Of a stretch of 64,000 nucleotides of DNA, positions 52,205-64,000 are shown one piece after another. The stretch is taken from contig NC_087436.1 in the NCBI RefSeq assembly GCF_036321535.1, forward strand, positions 30,568,001 through 30,632,000, written 5' to 3'. The position numbers and the translations under genes are program-made. The notes under the pieces are model-generated. The model searched no databases. It was not told the origin of the DNA and saw only the letters and a list, made by a program, of their open reading frames with translations. Numbering within the stretch: position 1 is the stretch's first letter; every line of letters starts with the position of its first letter. The DNA comes from Camelus dromedarius. Lineage: Eukaryota.

Positions 52205-53743
52205 GTTTCCTGGTTGAATTCCTGTACAGAATTCATGTACATGATAAAAGAGTTATTTTTTGCCATTAAGTTGTAAGGGTATTTTATCACACAGCAATAG
52301 TAGCTAGAAAACTGGTCTGAAAAATTACCAATGTAACTTACCGTTTAAATAAAATGTAAATTTAGAATATGGGAAACAATACTGTTTTGAGACAAGTAAT
52401 TAGAAGAGAAAAAGGTAAGGTTCAAAATTTAAATTGGCTTTTATTTACATTAGATCTTTTTTTTTTTCTCAAATTAACCTTAACCAAATAAACCTAGCAC
52501 CATTCATCCCTGAAGGAAACTCTTCACCTCTGTCAGCTATTGGACAGATGATTACTGTAGAGAACATTCATGTGCCAAAAGATCAAGACCACCACTGATC
52601 TTCATCATAACTATTAATCTGAACTGATCTTTAGTCACCTCCTATTAGTTCCTTTGTTACTGTAATAATTATCTCACTTTCTCAATAAGAATGTCAAACC
52701 TTCTCCACTCTTTGCAAGTGTCCCTTTTCAACTGTCTTCTATTTCTCATAAAACCACAATAGTGTATATTCAACTGTTACTCCATTTCTCCTGTTGCAGT
52801 GTTAGAGACGCCATTCCTCTGGTTTTAGGCCACTTCCTTTACCTATATTCTAAGTCCCAACTCCTCCAACCTTCTCAGTGGGAGCTTAAACTGAAACAGA
52901 GAGACAGACAATAAACAGGTGGCAATATATCTCTAGACACCACGTCACTAAGTGTAATGGATTGTGTCTTCACTCTCATATTGCTTAACCTCTCGGCAGC
53001 ATTTAAAGGTGTACATCTGAAAAAGTCACATGAACTTCCATGTATCACCCTTACTTCTCAGGTTTTTACATATTCAGTGACTTTTAGTCACTCAAGCACT
53101 CTTTTTTTCCCACCTAAGTGTTCACTCATCCATACTCATGGCTTCAGTTACCAATGATATGCCTGAATCTCCTAAAACTACAGCTTCAGTAATGACCTCT
53201 ATTCAAAGCTCCAGAAATCTATAACCAATTGTCTACTGAATATATATACTTTGAGGTCTTATAGGCAAGTGAAAAGATGAAGAAAGGGAAGTTTCTAGCA
53301 AAGAAATGATGAGAGTACAGAGAGAGAGAAGGAAAAGTATTAAAAAGGATATATGTGACCTGTGAGATAGAAGTTTACTAAAGGAGAATAAATTTCAGGT
53401 CCAAATCAATAGAAGAAGTAGAGCAAGCATACTACAGAATATGTCTCCCTGAAGGACAAATTGGGAATGATAGAAAAGAAGGAATGGAGGCCAATTCCTT
53501 AAAGAGATAACTCAGGGAAGTTTATCCAGGACATGTGTGGTGCTAAGAAGATAGAGGGATAACATGAAAGAGTAAAAGCAGTAAGACATAGTTTGTTTTA
53601 TGAAATATTACACAGTATATTGCACTTATTAAGTGGCAGATTCCATACTAAACTTTAGAGTATATTAACTCAATTCTAACACAGTGCTATTAAGTAGTAA
53701 CTCTTACTTTCCTCATCTTACAGAAGAGTATTTGTGAAGAGGT

Positions 53744-54205
53744 TGTTAATGAAAAATTAATCAAGTCAATCTAAGAAAGAAACAAAAACTTTTATTAGAG
53801 CCAACCTGAGGATTATAACTCAGGAGAAAGTCTCTGAGGACTGAAAGAAAGCTCTGAGGACTGTTCCACCCATCAGAGGCCAAAGTACATTTATTGAAGT
53901 TTTTGAGACAAAAGGTTATACATCAAAGTAACATACTGACAGTTAACACAGTACAAGGAGGCAAGTACCGGGTCATCATGACCCCTTACAGGATTAAGAA
54001 AGGAATGTTATCTCCTAAAGAGTTACCTTGTTGGCTCCAGGAGAAAATTATTTGCTCTTTGGTGTTTTGGTGAGTAGGCATTCCTGTGTCTTCTAAATGG
54101 ATCTAGTTAATGTGTAATGTAGTCGTACAATGCACAGTGGCTCAAACAGCAGATAAAATTTTAACTTTTTTCTTGTCCTGACTTAAAAATAATTTTGCTT
54201 CATCA
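53744..54205 (-). mobile_element. Lineage-specific ERV1-type solo LTR inserted into a MIR
   Basis: Minus-strand termini TGATGAAGC...CATTAACA (TG...CA). AATAAA on the minus strand at about 53791-53796. 4-bp TSD-like aggt (53740-53743) / agat (54206-54209). MIR sequence is collinear on both flanks. Confidence 0.7.
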
Positions 54206-56489
54206 AGATGCTACATTGTGCTCAAAAATCATGAAGCTAATAAGAATTAAGGCTGGGATTTACACACAAGCATTCTGACTGCAGCTTCCATGCTTTATTG
54301 TATATTTCTCAGTTTACACATTTTGGGTATAGTCTATGCACACATCGCTTCTTCACTTCAGCATAAAGATGTGAGGGAATTTGACTGAAATCAAACAAAA
54401 ACTATGAGTAAGGTAAAAAGACAGGAAGGTAGAGCAATGGGAGGAAAAGAGGAGGAAAGAAAGACAAGAAAACAAGCCAACTCTTTATTTGGGAGGCCAC
54501 ATAAAATGTAACTCCCTGTCAGTTTTCCCTGAGGCAATTTCCTTCTTCTCTAGAAACAATATGCTTTTGTATCAGAAAAAGCATGAGTTTAGGCTTCATG
54601 CTACCCTGTTTGAATACTGCCTTGGAAGAAAACAAGCTGAGCAAACTAAGCCATGTTCCTTAGACTCCATGATATTCAGGATGAATGAGGAACTTTATAG
54701 AAATCACCCAGCATATAGTTTAGCAATAGGAATTCAGTAAGAAGTATGTTTTTTTCTCTACCATGCAGACCATTCTCCACCCAAATTAATTTATTCCTGA
54801 AACTTCAACATTTCCCACTGATTCAAGCTGCACCACTGAATACATCCTCATGCCTTTGCTTCAGCAGTTCCAGTGCTGGAATGCAGTATCCAATAAGGAA
54901 CAAAGAAGCCTCAGAGAATACTCAGGCTCATTTCAAATATGTGTGCAGCCAAACGAACATAAATGCATTGAATATGAAATACTTCTAAAAGAGACACAAT
55001 AATGTTTTGTTGTGCCTCAGTTTCTTTCAAATGGTGGCAAAAAGAGAGTTAATTAAGTCACTCAGGCCAGCATTATACTATTCAATAAATACCCCATAAT
55101 TCTGTTACATTGTATCCAAGTTGGTTATCCTTCAAAGGAAAAGTAAATTTTCTTCTTTTTAAGACTGGAATGTTTTGCTAACTTCAGAGCCTGATTTATT
55201 TAAATGTAACTGAGTTGAAGGCTAAGGTTTCTTGCTATTATAATCTGTATCCAATGCTGTTTTCTTAAAAAAAAAAAAAAAACCCTAAATGCAAAGAACA
55301 CCAAAGCTAAATAGATAGGAGGACAGAAAAAATCAACAGCTCTATGAGAAATGAAGTAGGTTACTACTGATATGATAAAAGTTAAGAAATCTTAAAGAAT
55401 TCTCTACAGGTGCTAATTTTACTACTTGAATGAAATTAATAAGACTCTCTATAAAGCAGCAGGAGATCCTTAGATTACACGAGTAATCAGCATGAAAATT
55501 TATTGTGGTTTCATGAAGCATAAAATGTTTGTGTAATATATGCAAAAGTGGTACTTTATTCTCTGCAGTGAACAATTCTTAGTCCTTATAATAGAAAAAT
55601 ATTTAATAGCTTGACAACTCTTGAGGCATAGTTTTTAAAAGCTGTTCACGTGTGGTTAATTTGACCCAATACAAAATAACAATGCAACAATGCTGAGTCA
55701 TGTAAAACTACTGGAGGATCTTATGCATTAATATAAAGAGACATATAAGGCAAAGAATAAAAGGGAATCTGGATTTTTTTCTTTCAGATACAAGCCAAAG
55801 TCTAGAGTAATCCAGAACACAGAGTTATTTCTCAGGAAACATGTATTTAATAAATAATGAGAAAAAATGAGTAATCAGAAATGAACTAGAAATGATATGA
55901 CATCTGGGAAGATCTAATGAAGCTAACTGATACCTAAAATTAATATTTTCAAAGAGGATTAAAGTAGATAATAAGGACTTTAGAATATATCTATTTTTTA
56001 CCCTTAACTGAATTCAATCAAGTCCTATGTTATACTTTTCTTCAATAATATATATTTTGAGTTAGATTTTTTTTCCTATATTTTCCTTGATTTGGTCTAC
56101 ATAAAATTTCCTTGGATTTCACATGATTAGGCTTTGGGCATGAATATCTTTGGAAAAATCTCTATGCAAATGTTGGCACAATCATGTAGCTATTCAAGAC
56201 TTAGTAAATACTATGTCATGATTTTTGTTATTAGATCCTCTCTCTTATGAAAGTAACCATGATACTTCAAAAAAGAAGATTCCAGTCAAAATGGTATACA
56301 AGTGAGCACCAGCCTTGGGAATCCAATGGGACTCCTTATGCAGCTAAGGTTTCAGGATACTTCTTAGGAATATATAAAATAGAAAATAAGGATGGTCAAG
56401 AAAAAATATGGTCATGGCAAGCCTTATAAACATTTTTTTAAATGAAAATATTTACTCTAAATATATGTCAGAAGGAACACATACTGTTT

Positions 56490-56710
56490 GGAGATAACTA
56501 TTAGGGACATATTACATGCCAGGCACTTTTCTTAGATATTTTCGTATTACTTTATATAATTAAATAATATTTACTTCATGAAGTAGGTGCAGTCATTAAC
56601 CCCATTTTATATATGAAGAAACCAAGGCACAAGAGATCAATTAGCCCAAGATATTTTTTGGTAGAGTCAGGATTTAAACCCTTGCTGTACTGGCTTTAAA
56701 CCTCAGTCTT
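56490..56710 (-). mobile_element. MIR SINE
   Basis: tacatgccaggcactttt...attaaccccattttatatatgaagaaaccaaggcac...gagtcaggatttaaaccc. Confidence 0.8.
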
Positions 56711-56727
56711 GTAATCAATATAATATA

Positions 56728-57048
56728 CATTAGGCCCTTGTTTCTACAGATTGGGAACATGTGGATTAAACAACCATGAATCAAAATTATTCAGAAAAAA
56801 AATTTTTCAGAAAATTCCAAAAAGCAAAACTTGAATTTGGCATGCCGGCAACTATTTACGTAGCATTTATATTGTATTAGGTATTATAAGTAATCTAGAG
56901 ATGATTTAAAATATACAGGAGGATGTGTGTAAGTTATATGCAAATACTACGCCATTTTAAATAAGGGTCTTGGGCTTTCTTGGAATTTGGTATCTGAAGT
57001 AGGGTAGGGCCCTGGAACCAAACCCTGGTGGATACCAAGGGAGGACTG
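56728..57048 (-). mobile_element. MER2 (TcMar-Tigger MITE), near full length
   Basis: ttaggtattataagtaatctagagatgatttaaaatatacaggaggatgtgtgtaagttatatgcaaatactacgccattt is the MER2 core. TA dinucleotides at 56726-56727 and 57049-57050. Confidence 0.88.
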
Positions 57049-58479
57049 TACTGCCTTCCACACAGTACAACAAAAGAGATAGATGCTGGTGTTATTTGAA
57101 AACATGTCTTGTTAACCAATTCTGTTCCTACATCTATTTGTGACTTATTTTGAAAATTCTCACATTACTTTCTCCCTCCTTACTGTAGAATATCTTGTTC
57201 TGTCACTTCATATTTCTCCAAGTGTGCCTCTGTGATGCTCAGTAAAATTCTCCTTGTTCTTTAGAGTATTTGCTGATTTGAGTTGTTGAATGACTCTAAA
57301 ACTGGATATTTTCAGGTAAAAAGAAGAGAATATACCTGAATGAGAGAACATAAATTTGAGTCGTACGACAAGTCAAAACAATCAAATGGCTACCTATTCT
57401 GGACTGAACTTCAGAATGCTTTTAGTGAAAAAGGATAAAATAAAATGCAAAGTTGCCCTAGTAACCTACCAATCATTTATATATGTTAAAACATGTTTGT
57501 CTGAACTAACAGATCTGGCTAATACGCAAGGTAATGCAGCTAAGTAATTAATAATAGTTCACTATTAGATATTCAAACATTGATATACCAATGATCATGA
57601 AAATTTTAATGTCCAACTTCTCTGTATAAGTTGGTATGTTACTATTTATAAATATGGGCTTTGAACTTATGAATATTTGCACTTTGGGAGCATTTAACAT
57701 TCATTGATTTGAGATATTAAATGCAATTTTCTGCACTTGTTATTTTAATTAAATGAAAGTATCAGTATAAACTAGCTCAGAATTTGAAGTTGAATTCAAT
57801 TACAGCTAGGGCAAAAAATGATTCAAAAATGCAAGTTCTAATACAACCCTCTAATTTGCCTGTTTCCTCAAAATAATTTTTTTTTCTGTACTAGAGACAC
57901 AGCTGCCAGATCTTTGTATACTGATGAACGAAAGCGAGTATTTTTCTATGGTCAGATTTGTTATCTTGCTGTGACTTACATTTAGTCAATCCTAAACTTA
58001 GCTATACATGAATACTGAAATATATAACATTTATTATTTGTGCAACTACACTCCAAGAACTATCTTCACCTATTTTCTGTTTTTAAATTCAAGTCCCTAG
58101 TATTTGGAAGATACTGTGCTACTCAGACTGGACCCTTAATAGTGAATTAGGTGTACTCATCAACTTTAAAATTTCAGACACACAATTTTGTAGCTGTTCA
58201 CCTATGAATGAACACACTCTCATATCAATTCTTAAAACATGCATTTATTCAAAATGGGACATATTTGCAGGATGGTAAATGAGTATTTTTGCTCATAATA
58301 CTCCCTTCTGTCATATAATTCTACTCCAGAGACATACTTCCGAGTCAGAAAGAAAGTCAGAATAAAATTAAAGTAGATTTACATATTACTAGGAATATTA
58401 CACAGATTTTATAACCTACTTAATTACTTAGTTAAATTAAATACAATTTTTTCTTATCTTTTACCAAATAATTACTGTG

Positions 58480-59400
58480 TGTCTTCCAGATTCCAGACAT
58501 TGTTCCTGGTGCTGAAATGAAGCAAAATTGTAAAACCCCTGCCCTTATAGTGTTTACATTCTCATAGGAAAGGCACACTACATATAAATGCACTCTAAGT
58601 TAAGTAAAAGAACAGCAGATATTTTGGACTAAATAGTAAGGGAAGGTTTCTCTGAGGAGATGTCCATTAATCAAAGAACTAAATTGGGAAGGGGGAAACA
58701 TAATATAAACATTATCAGGACGAGAGTTCCTAGTAGGAGAATCAGCAATAACAAATGCTTTGAAGAGGAAGTGAGGAACAGGAGGAGGGAGAGCACAGCT
58801 GAATGAAAGACAGTAAGGCAGGAAACGTTGGAGCCGAACATGGGAGCCAGATCACACAGGCCCAGCAGGCTATGCTAGTTACTTGAATTTGACTCTGACA
58901 GACCAGAATTCATTTCAAAGTTGTAAACAGAGGTGTGGTATGCTATGATTTCAGTTTGTAAGGTATCGTACTGACTGCTGTGTTGACAAATCATTGGATG
59001 GGAGCAGTGTGAAAGAGTATCAGACAGGAGTTTATTATTATAACCTAGATCAGAGAACATAGTGGCATGAACCAGAGGGGTAGTGTGGAGATAATGACAA
59101 GTAACTTGTTTATGAGGTAAGCCCAAGAGAACATGCTGATATATAGAATGTAGAGGGTGATAAAGAGGATGAATCAATAATAAAACTTAGGATTTTGGCC
59201 TGAGTATGCTGGTCAACAGCAGTGACCTTTACTGAGATGGTGAAGAATGAGAGAGAAGTAGGTCTGAGAGGAAAATCAAATAGTCTGCTTTATTGTATTA
59301 ACTTTGATATATTTATTAAAAATCCAAATGAGAAGTAGGTAGTTGGATGCATGAGTTCATCAGAACCCTAAGGTCTTCAGATAAAATCTGGTGTCATGTG
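58480..59400 (-). mobile_element. L2 LINE fragment
   Basis: ccagacattgttcctggtgctg...ccctgcccttatagtgtttacattct...agggaaggtttctctgaggag...ggattttggcctgag...tttactgagatgg. Confidence 0.75.
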
Positions 59401-59862
59401 CACCCATACAGAACTTATCTAAAGATATGGAACTTGATAAAAGTATCTAGGGCACAAATAAAGCAAGATGGAAGATACTAAAAGTATGTTTCTAAAGGCA
59501 GAAAAATAATGAATGTTGCACATCCAGAGACTACATAGGTTTGAGTGGACAGTGAAGATAAATGTGAAAATATAAGATACCCTAAACAGAAATGGAGAAT
59601 GTGAGCACAATGGAACATTTTGGAAGGCAAAGGTAGAATTTTGGGGAAAACTAATATAGTGTATAAATACTTCTAAATTCTTGATTTCAATAATCAATAA
59701 ACATGATAGTAGTGTTATCACAACAGCAACTGAGGATATAAAACTATAGTTTGAACACTCTGGGACTATCTATAGATTTAGAATTCATCCTCATAGCATG
59801 GGTTAAATTCCAGAGCTTGAATACACCACCAGAGGTGGTGAATAAAAAAAACAAACTCTACT

Positions 59863-60149
59863 TCTCAACTCTGGTGGATACAGAGGGACCATACCTCAAG
59901 GTAATAAAGGTCATATATGACAAGACCACAGCTAACGTCATACTCAAAGGTGAAAAGCTGAAAGGATCTCCTCTAAAATCAGGACCAAAACAAGGAAGTC
60001 CAGTCTTACCACTTTGATTCAACATAATATTGGAAGTCTAGTCACAGCAATCAGACAAGAAAAAGAAATTAAAAGAATCCAAACAAGGAAGCAAGAAGTA
60101 AAACTCACTATTTGCGGATGACACTATACATAGAAAATGCGAATGACTT
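59863..60149 (+). mobile_element. L1 ORF2 RT fragment (EGPYLKVIKVIYDKTTANVIL...FADD)
   Basis: The C-terminal half of ORF 59751-60017 matches L1 RT. tttgcggatgac (FADD) at 60111-60122. Confidence 0.9.
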
Positions 60150-60203
60150 TGTATATGTATATATGGTATATGTATATAAAACATGTATGTATTTTGTATA
60201 TAT

Positions 60204-60478
60204 GGGTGTTACTGGACTCATAGAATGAGTTCAGAAGCATTCCTTCCTCTGAAGTTTATCTGTAATAGTTTGAAAAGGATAGGTGTTAGCTCTTCTCTAA
60301 ATGTTCAGTAGAGGGAATTTACCTACAAAGCCATCTCGTCCTGGACCTTTGTTTGTTGGGAGTCTTTTTTTTTTCTTTTTAATTACTGATTTAATTTCAT
60401 TACTGATAATTGGTCTGTTCATATCACCTATTTCTTCCTGATTCAGTCTTGGTAGATTGTATGCTTCTAGGAATTTAT
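60204..60478 (-). mobile_element. L1 ORF2 fragment (KFLEAYNLPRLNQEE...NSFYESS), opposite orientation
   Basis: Minus strand reads aaattcctagaagcatacaatctaccaagactgaatcaggaagaaata...ggtccaggacgagatggcttt...aactcattctatgagtcc. Confidence 0.9.
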
Positions 60479-63400
60479 AAATGAGAAAGCTTATTTGTAT
60501 TCATAAGATAGACCTTACTAGTGTTGAAATTTAAGATTCATAATTCACATACATGCCTCTCCTGTTAAATTCTTCTGCTGTTTCTATTGTTCCTGTCCTC
60601 TCATGTAAGTAGCACTAAGAACAGTGAATAATTACTGACTGTTTGTTCTGTTTGCCAATTACCTCATAAACATTACTTTATAGAGTATGGACTGTATGTT
60701 ATCTTTGACCACCTCCATAAAAATGGCCTATTAATAAAACTATCATGGGAAATAAAGTTAAACAAAGGAAAACAAAAATAGTATTTCTCCATAAAACACT
60801 AAAAACAAAATGCAAAAATAATATCTTCTTTTATACAAAGATACATAAAATTTGACCAGTATGAACATTTGTAAGTCCAGTTTTATGCCGATACAATTAA
60901 TATCGTTAAAAAAAAGTCCATGACTTACATTAAAAACAAGTGAAAATCTTCAATGACTATAAAATTCAATGAACATAAATATGAGTATGATTAAATTATT
61001 GTTTTTTTATGAGACATTGTATATTCTTAATGCCAATAAAATCGTTACAACTGTGAAATATATCATTGAGATGGCTAGGACCATTCTTAAAACAAAATTG
61101 CTTTTACAGTTTTAAAAGTTAATGTGCCTATGGGTTGAAGAGTGATCAGCTTTTCAAATGTTTATATACAATAAATAAATACATTAAAAAGATGACAACC
61201 AAATATTAGAAACTGTAATCCATATTCATGCCTATGTGCTTATATACATTTTTAATAAAGCTAACCATTTAAATAAGTATTATGACATGATATTACTTAA
61301 TTATATCTTAGTTTTCCCTGATTGTTTTCTATAAATATGCAATGTTGAGTCCTAGGAAAAGGTGTAAATCATTTTTCTTCCTGATACATGCTTTACCTTA
61401 TAGGGAACCAAATTTGAATTTTTAGTCTCTTCTATGTAGATTCATTTTTCTCATTCAATTATACTTTAATGCTTGCCAAATATTTTTACTTCATAATAAA
61501 TATCTAAGGATGTAGATTTTGTTTTTACTAAAGCTATGCATGAAAGGATTATAAAAGAAGCTTGAATAGCATTTTAAGATATATTTAAAATAATAAAGTA
61601 CACTACTATCCCACATGCAATTTATTTTCTACAGATAGAAATAGTGTGCAACATTTGGAAATGCCAAACATCAGAGAAAAGAAACAGGAATTTTAGATAA
61701 AGGCACTTAAGATTAATATAATATGCACAGGATTTCCCAATTAAAACTTTCACATTAGCATTGCATTTTAAGCAGTTAATCTCCTAATGAGACATAGCCA
61801 ACAATGAGAAGTGAGTTGCAGGACTGAATGTGGCCCTGAGGCCTACATCTGGAAAGGGCTACATTTTGGTATTTTTAAAGCTAGTTCATTTTATTTGGAA
61901 AAGAAAGTGCTACACTGCCACCTTCTGACACCGACTGTCTCCCTGATCATAAAAATGTCTGGTCTAAATGGAGTTATCTATTCCTTACATGCTTTTAGTA
62001 GAATTAAATGCTTTTACGGCATAAAAGACTATAATATTTTATACTTTCCTTTAAAAATATTTGTACTATTATGCACATACAAATAATTTCAGCTGTGTAT
62101 ATGTAAATTATACAAAATAATAGCAAATTAAACAACCATAAACCCACCATCCAAATTAAGAATTAAACATTATCAACAGTGTTGAAGCTGTCCGTATGCA
62201 CCTGCCCAAACCTATTCAAATTTAAAATTTAACTCTGAAAATGTAGCCTTTTTTCCCCGCAGATGCCTTTAGATTAACTGTCCTCCATGTAATATTTTGT
62301 CATTTGCTTACTTAGCATTTTTGTGATTCTCTGTTGCTCCTGATCTATCTGGCATACATGAGGTTGAAAATGCCATGTGTATTCATACAGTGCGTTTTTC
62401 CTTTATGTTTTATTATGTTGGAGAAAAAAATCCTTCCATTAATTTAAAAAAGATTCATTGGATACCTACTGTGTGTCAGTTTCATTAGCAAGTAGAACAG
62501 ATTTAATGGAAAACAAGATGAAATCACTGCTCGCCCACTGTTCAAGTTTTATAAGAAACTCAGGAAAACAACCAAGCAATTAAAATCCAGTTAGATAAGT
62601 GCCATAGTTAAACTAATGCAAAGTTCTCTTTCTCAACCTGTCTGATTTTCAAGAACCAGAGGGTACTGCAGACACTCATAGAGGATCTGGCCAGCACAGA
62701 CTCTTAATTAAATAATGGATTGGCTAAGGACACTGTTACCAGGACAGTAATATGATTGAACCTAGGGCTTTAAAACAAATATCCTGTGAAGAATTCATTT
62801 TTATCACAGTTCACTTAAATAAAGCATTAGATGTCCTATAATACACAATACTGTTCTTCTAGTAACATTGGCAGATATTATCGGCCATTAGAGTCATAAA
62901 AAAGAAATACCTAGAAGGGCTATAGATGAAAATAGTATTAGCTTGCTTTCCTAAGAAAATAATTCTAAAGATTGAGATGATAAAGTTTGCTTGCAAATGT
63001 CCAAGACAAAAATGAGAGCTATTTGTTTTCCATTGTCAGTTTCCTAAGAATTTTAAATATAATAAAATTAAAACTATAAGCTCATTTACATAATCAAAAA
63101 TATTTTCAAAAGCAAAATGTTTTTCATATATGAACATTAATTTAAATAACTTACTCTCACTGGTATTGTTTAGAAATACAAAACTATATTTTAAAATATC
63201 TGATTTAACTGGGTACCACAAATCATACAATGTGGCGAGAAAAGTAAGTTTCTGCAATTTTAGTAGAAAAACATGTAAAACTGGGTTAAATTTGAAAACA
63301 ACCACAAATGGCTTTTTCAGCTTTGTACACATTATAGCCAAAAATTATATACAGAAATCTTTTGCTATCTCATCATTTTAGGAAGAAAAATGAAAAGTCA

Positions 63401-64000
63401 TTCAAAAATTATTTTTATATAGCTTTTCATGAAAAAACTCTCATCCTAGTTTATTGGAAGGGCATGGAAAGTATCTTGTACCTTGTATTTGAATAAGGTC
63501 AGTCCTATCAGAAATACCTTCCCACGACTTCCTGGTGAGACCTGGTTAGATACTAAGAAAAATTTCACCTTTCTTTACATCCAGATGATTCCTTTATTTA
63601 AATATCTCTAAACAATATCACTCTTAATTGTTCTTAATTTTCAGCAATCCTTAATTTAGAGCATATAAATATCAAGTGGTTTTTCTAATGGCATTGCCAT
63701 CAGATCTGGATCTCGTACAATATTATCTTCATGAAATCCATCATCTAAATGATATTTGGATTGGATCACCCTCATTAGAGCATTCAGTATTATTTTTCAT
63801 CATTTAAGCAATGAAATTAAATTTTATCTTACACAAATAGAGCTGCTGTATTCCATGCCTCAATATTTTCTCTTTAGTTTACATGCAATCTTTACAAAAC
63901 ATTATATACTTTGTCTTTTTCATTTATATTCATTTTTATTATTGCTGTTCATCTTTATTCCTTTTAGAAGCACAACTCTTTTAATTTACAATACTCACGT

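Noticed and set aside
59824..59840. Hairpin caccacc-aga-ggtggtg next to the atypical L1 fragments
   Set aside because: A 7-bp stem is expected by chance in 64 kb; no evidence links it to the insertion.
391..63381. The many 60-130 aa ORFs in the six-frame track
   Set aside because: They have low-complexity F/L/I/K-rich composition typical of random AT-rich DNA or antisense repeats. Apart from the L1- and RPL24-derived frames, none resembles a protein I recognise.
1..64000. A novel multi-gene system (RT-associated, CRISPR-like or operon-like)
   Set aside because: All RT-like sequence is ordinary L1 ORF2. I saw no repeat-spacer array, clustered intact ORFs, or prokaryotic/viral coding density.

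Overview
AT-rich, CpG-depleted, repeat-dense mammalian genomic DNA, either intergenic or deep intronic. It is most likely camelid, because it has two tRNA-derived Vic-1-type SINEs and camelid-type L1 3' ends. I recognise no intact protein-coding gene, RNA gene, NUMT or viral ORF. The long ORFs in the track derive from L1 ORF2. The window contains: a 5'-truncated RPL24 processed pseudogene (7439-7850); a young, 5'-inverted (twin-primed) L1 with a perfect 16-bp TSD (8451-10416); several other TSD-flanked truncated L1s; older L1M/L2/MIR fragments; solo LTRs (MLT2D-, LTR40-, MLT1-, MER67-like and a lineage-specific ERV1-type); Tigger-family DNA transposon remnants; and microsatellites. I cannot support a new multi-gene biological system. 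The most unusual items are DNA-repair or retrotransposition footprints: (1) a 36-bp copy of a neighbouring LTR inside a (TA)n tract about 780 bp away; (2) two convergent L1 ORF2 fragments with no 3' end, joined through an AT microsatellite; (3) two L1s of different subfamilies truncated within about 6 nt of each other; (4) the twin-primed L1, which creates a chimeric 351-codon RT ORF. Repeat family names come from recalled consensus sequences and need confirmation with RepeatMasker/Dfam. Boundaries of old elements are approximate.
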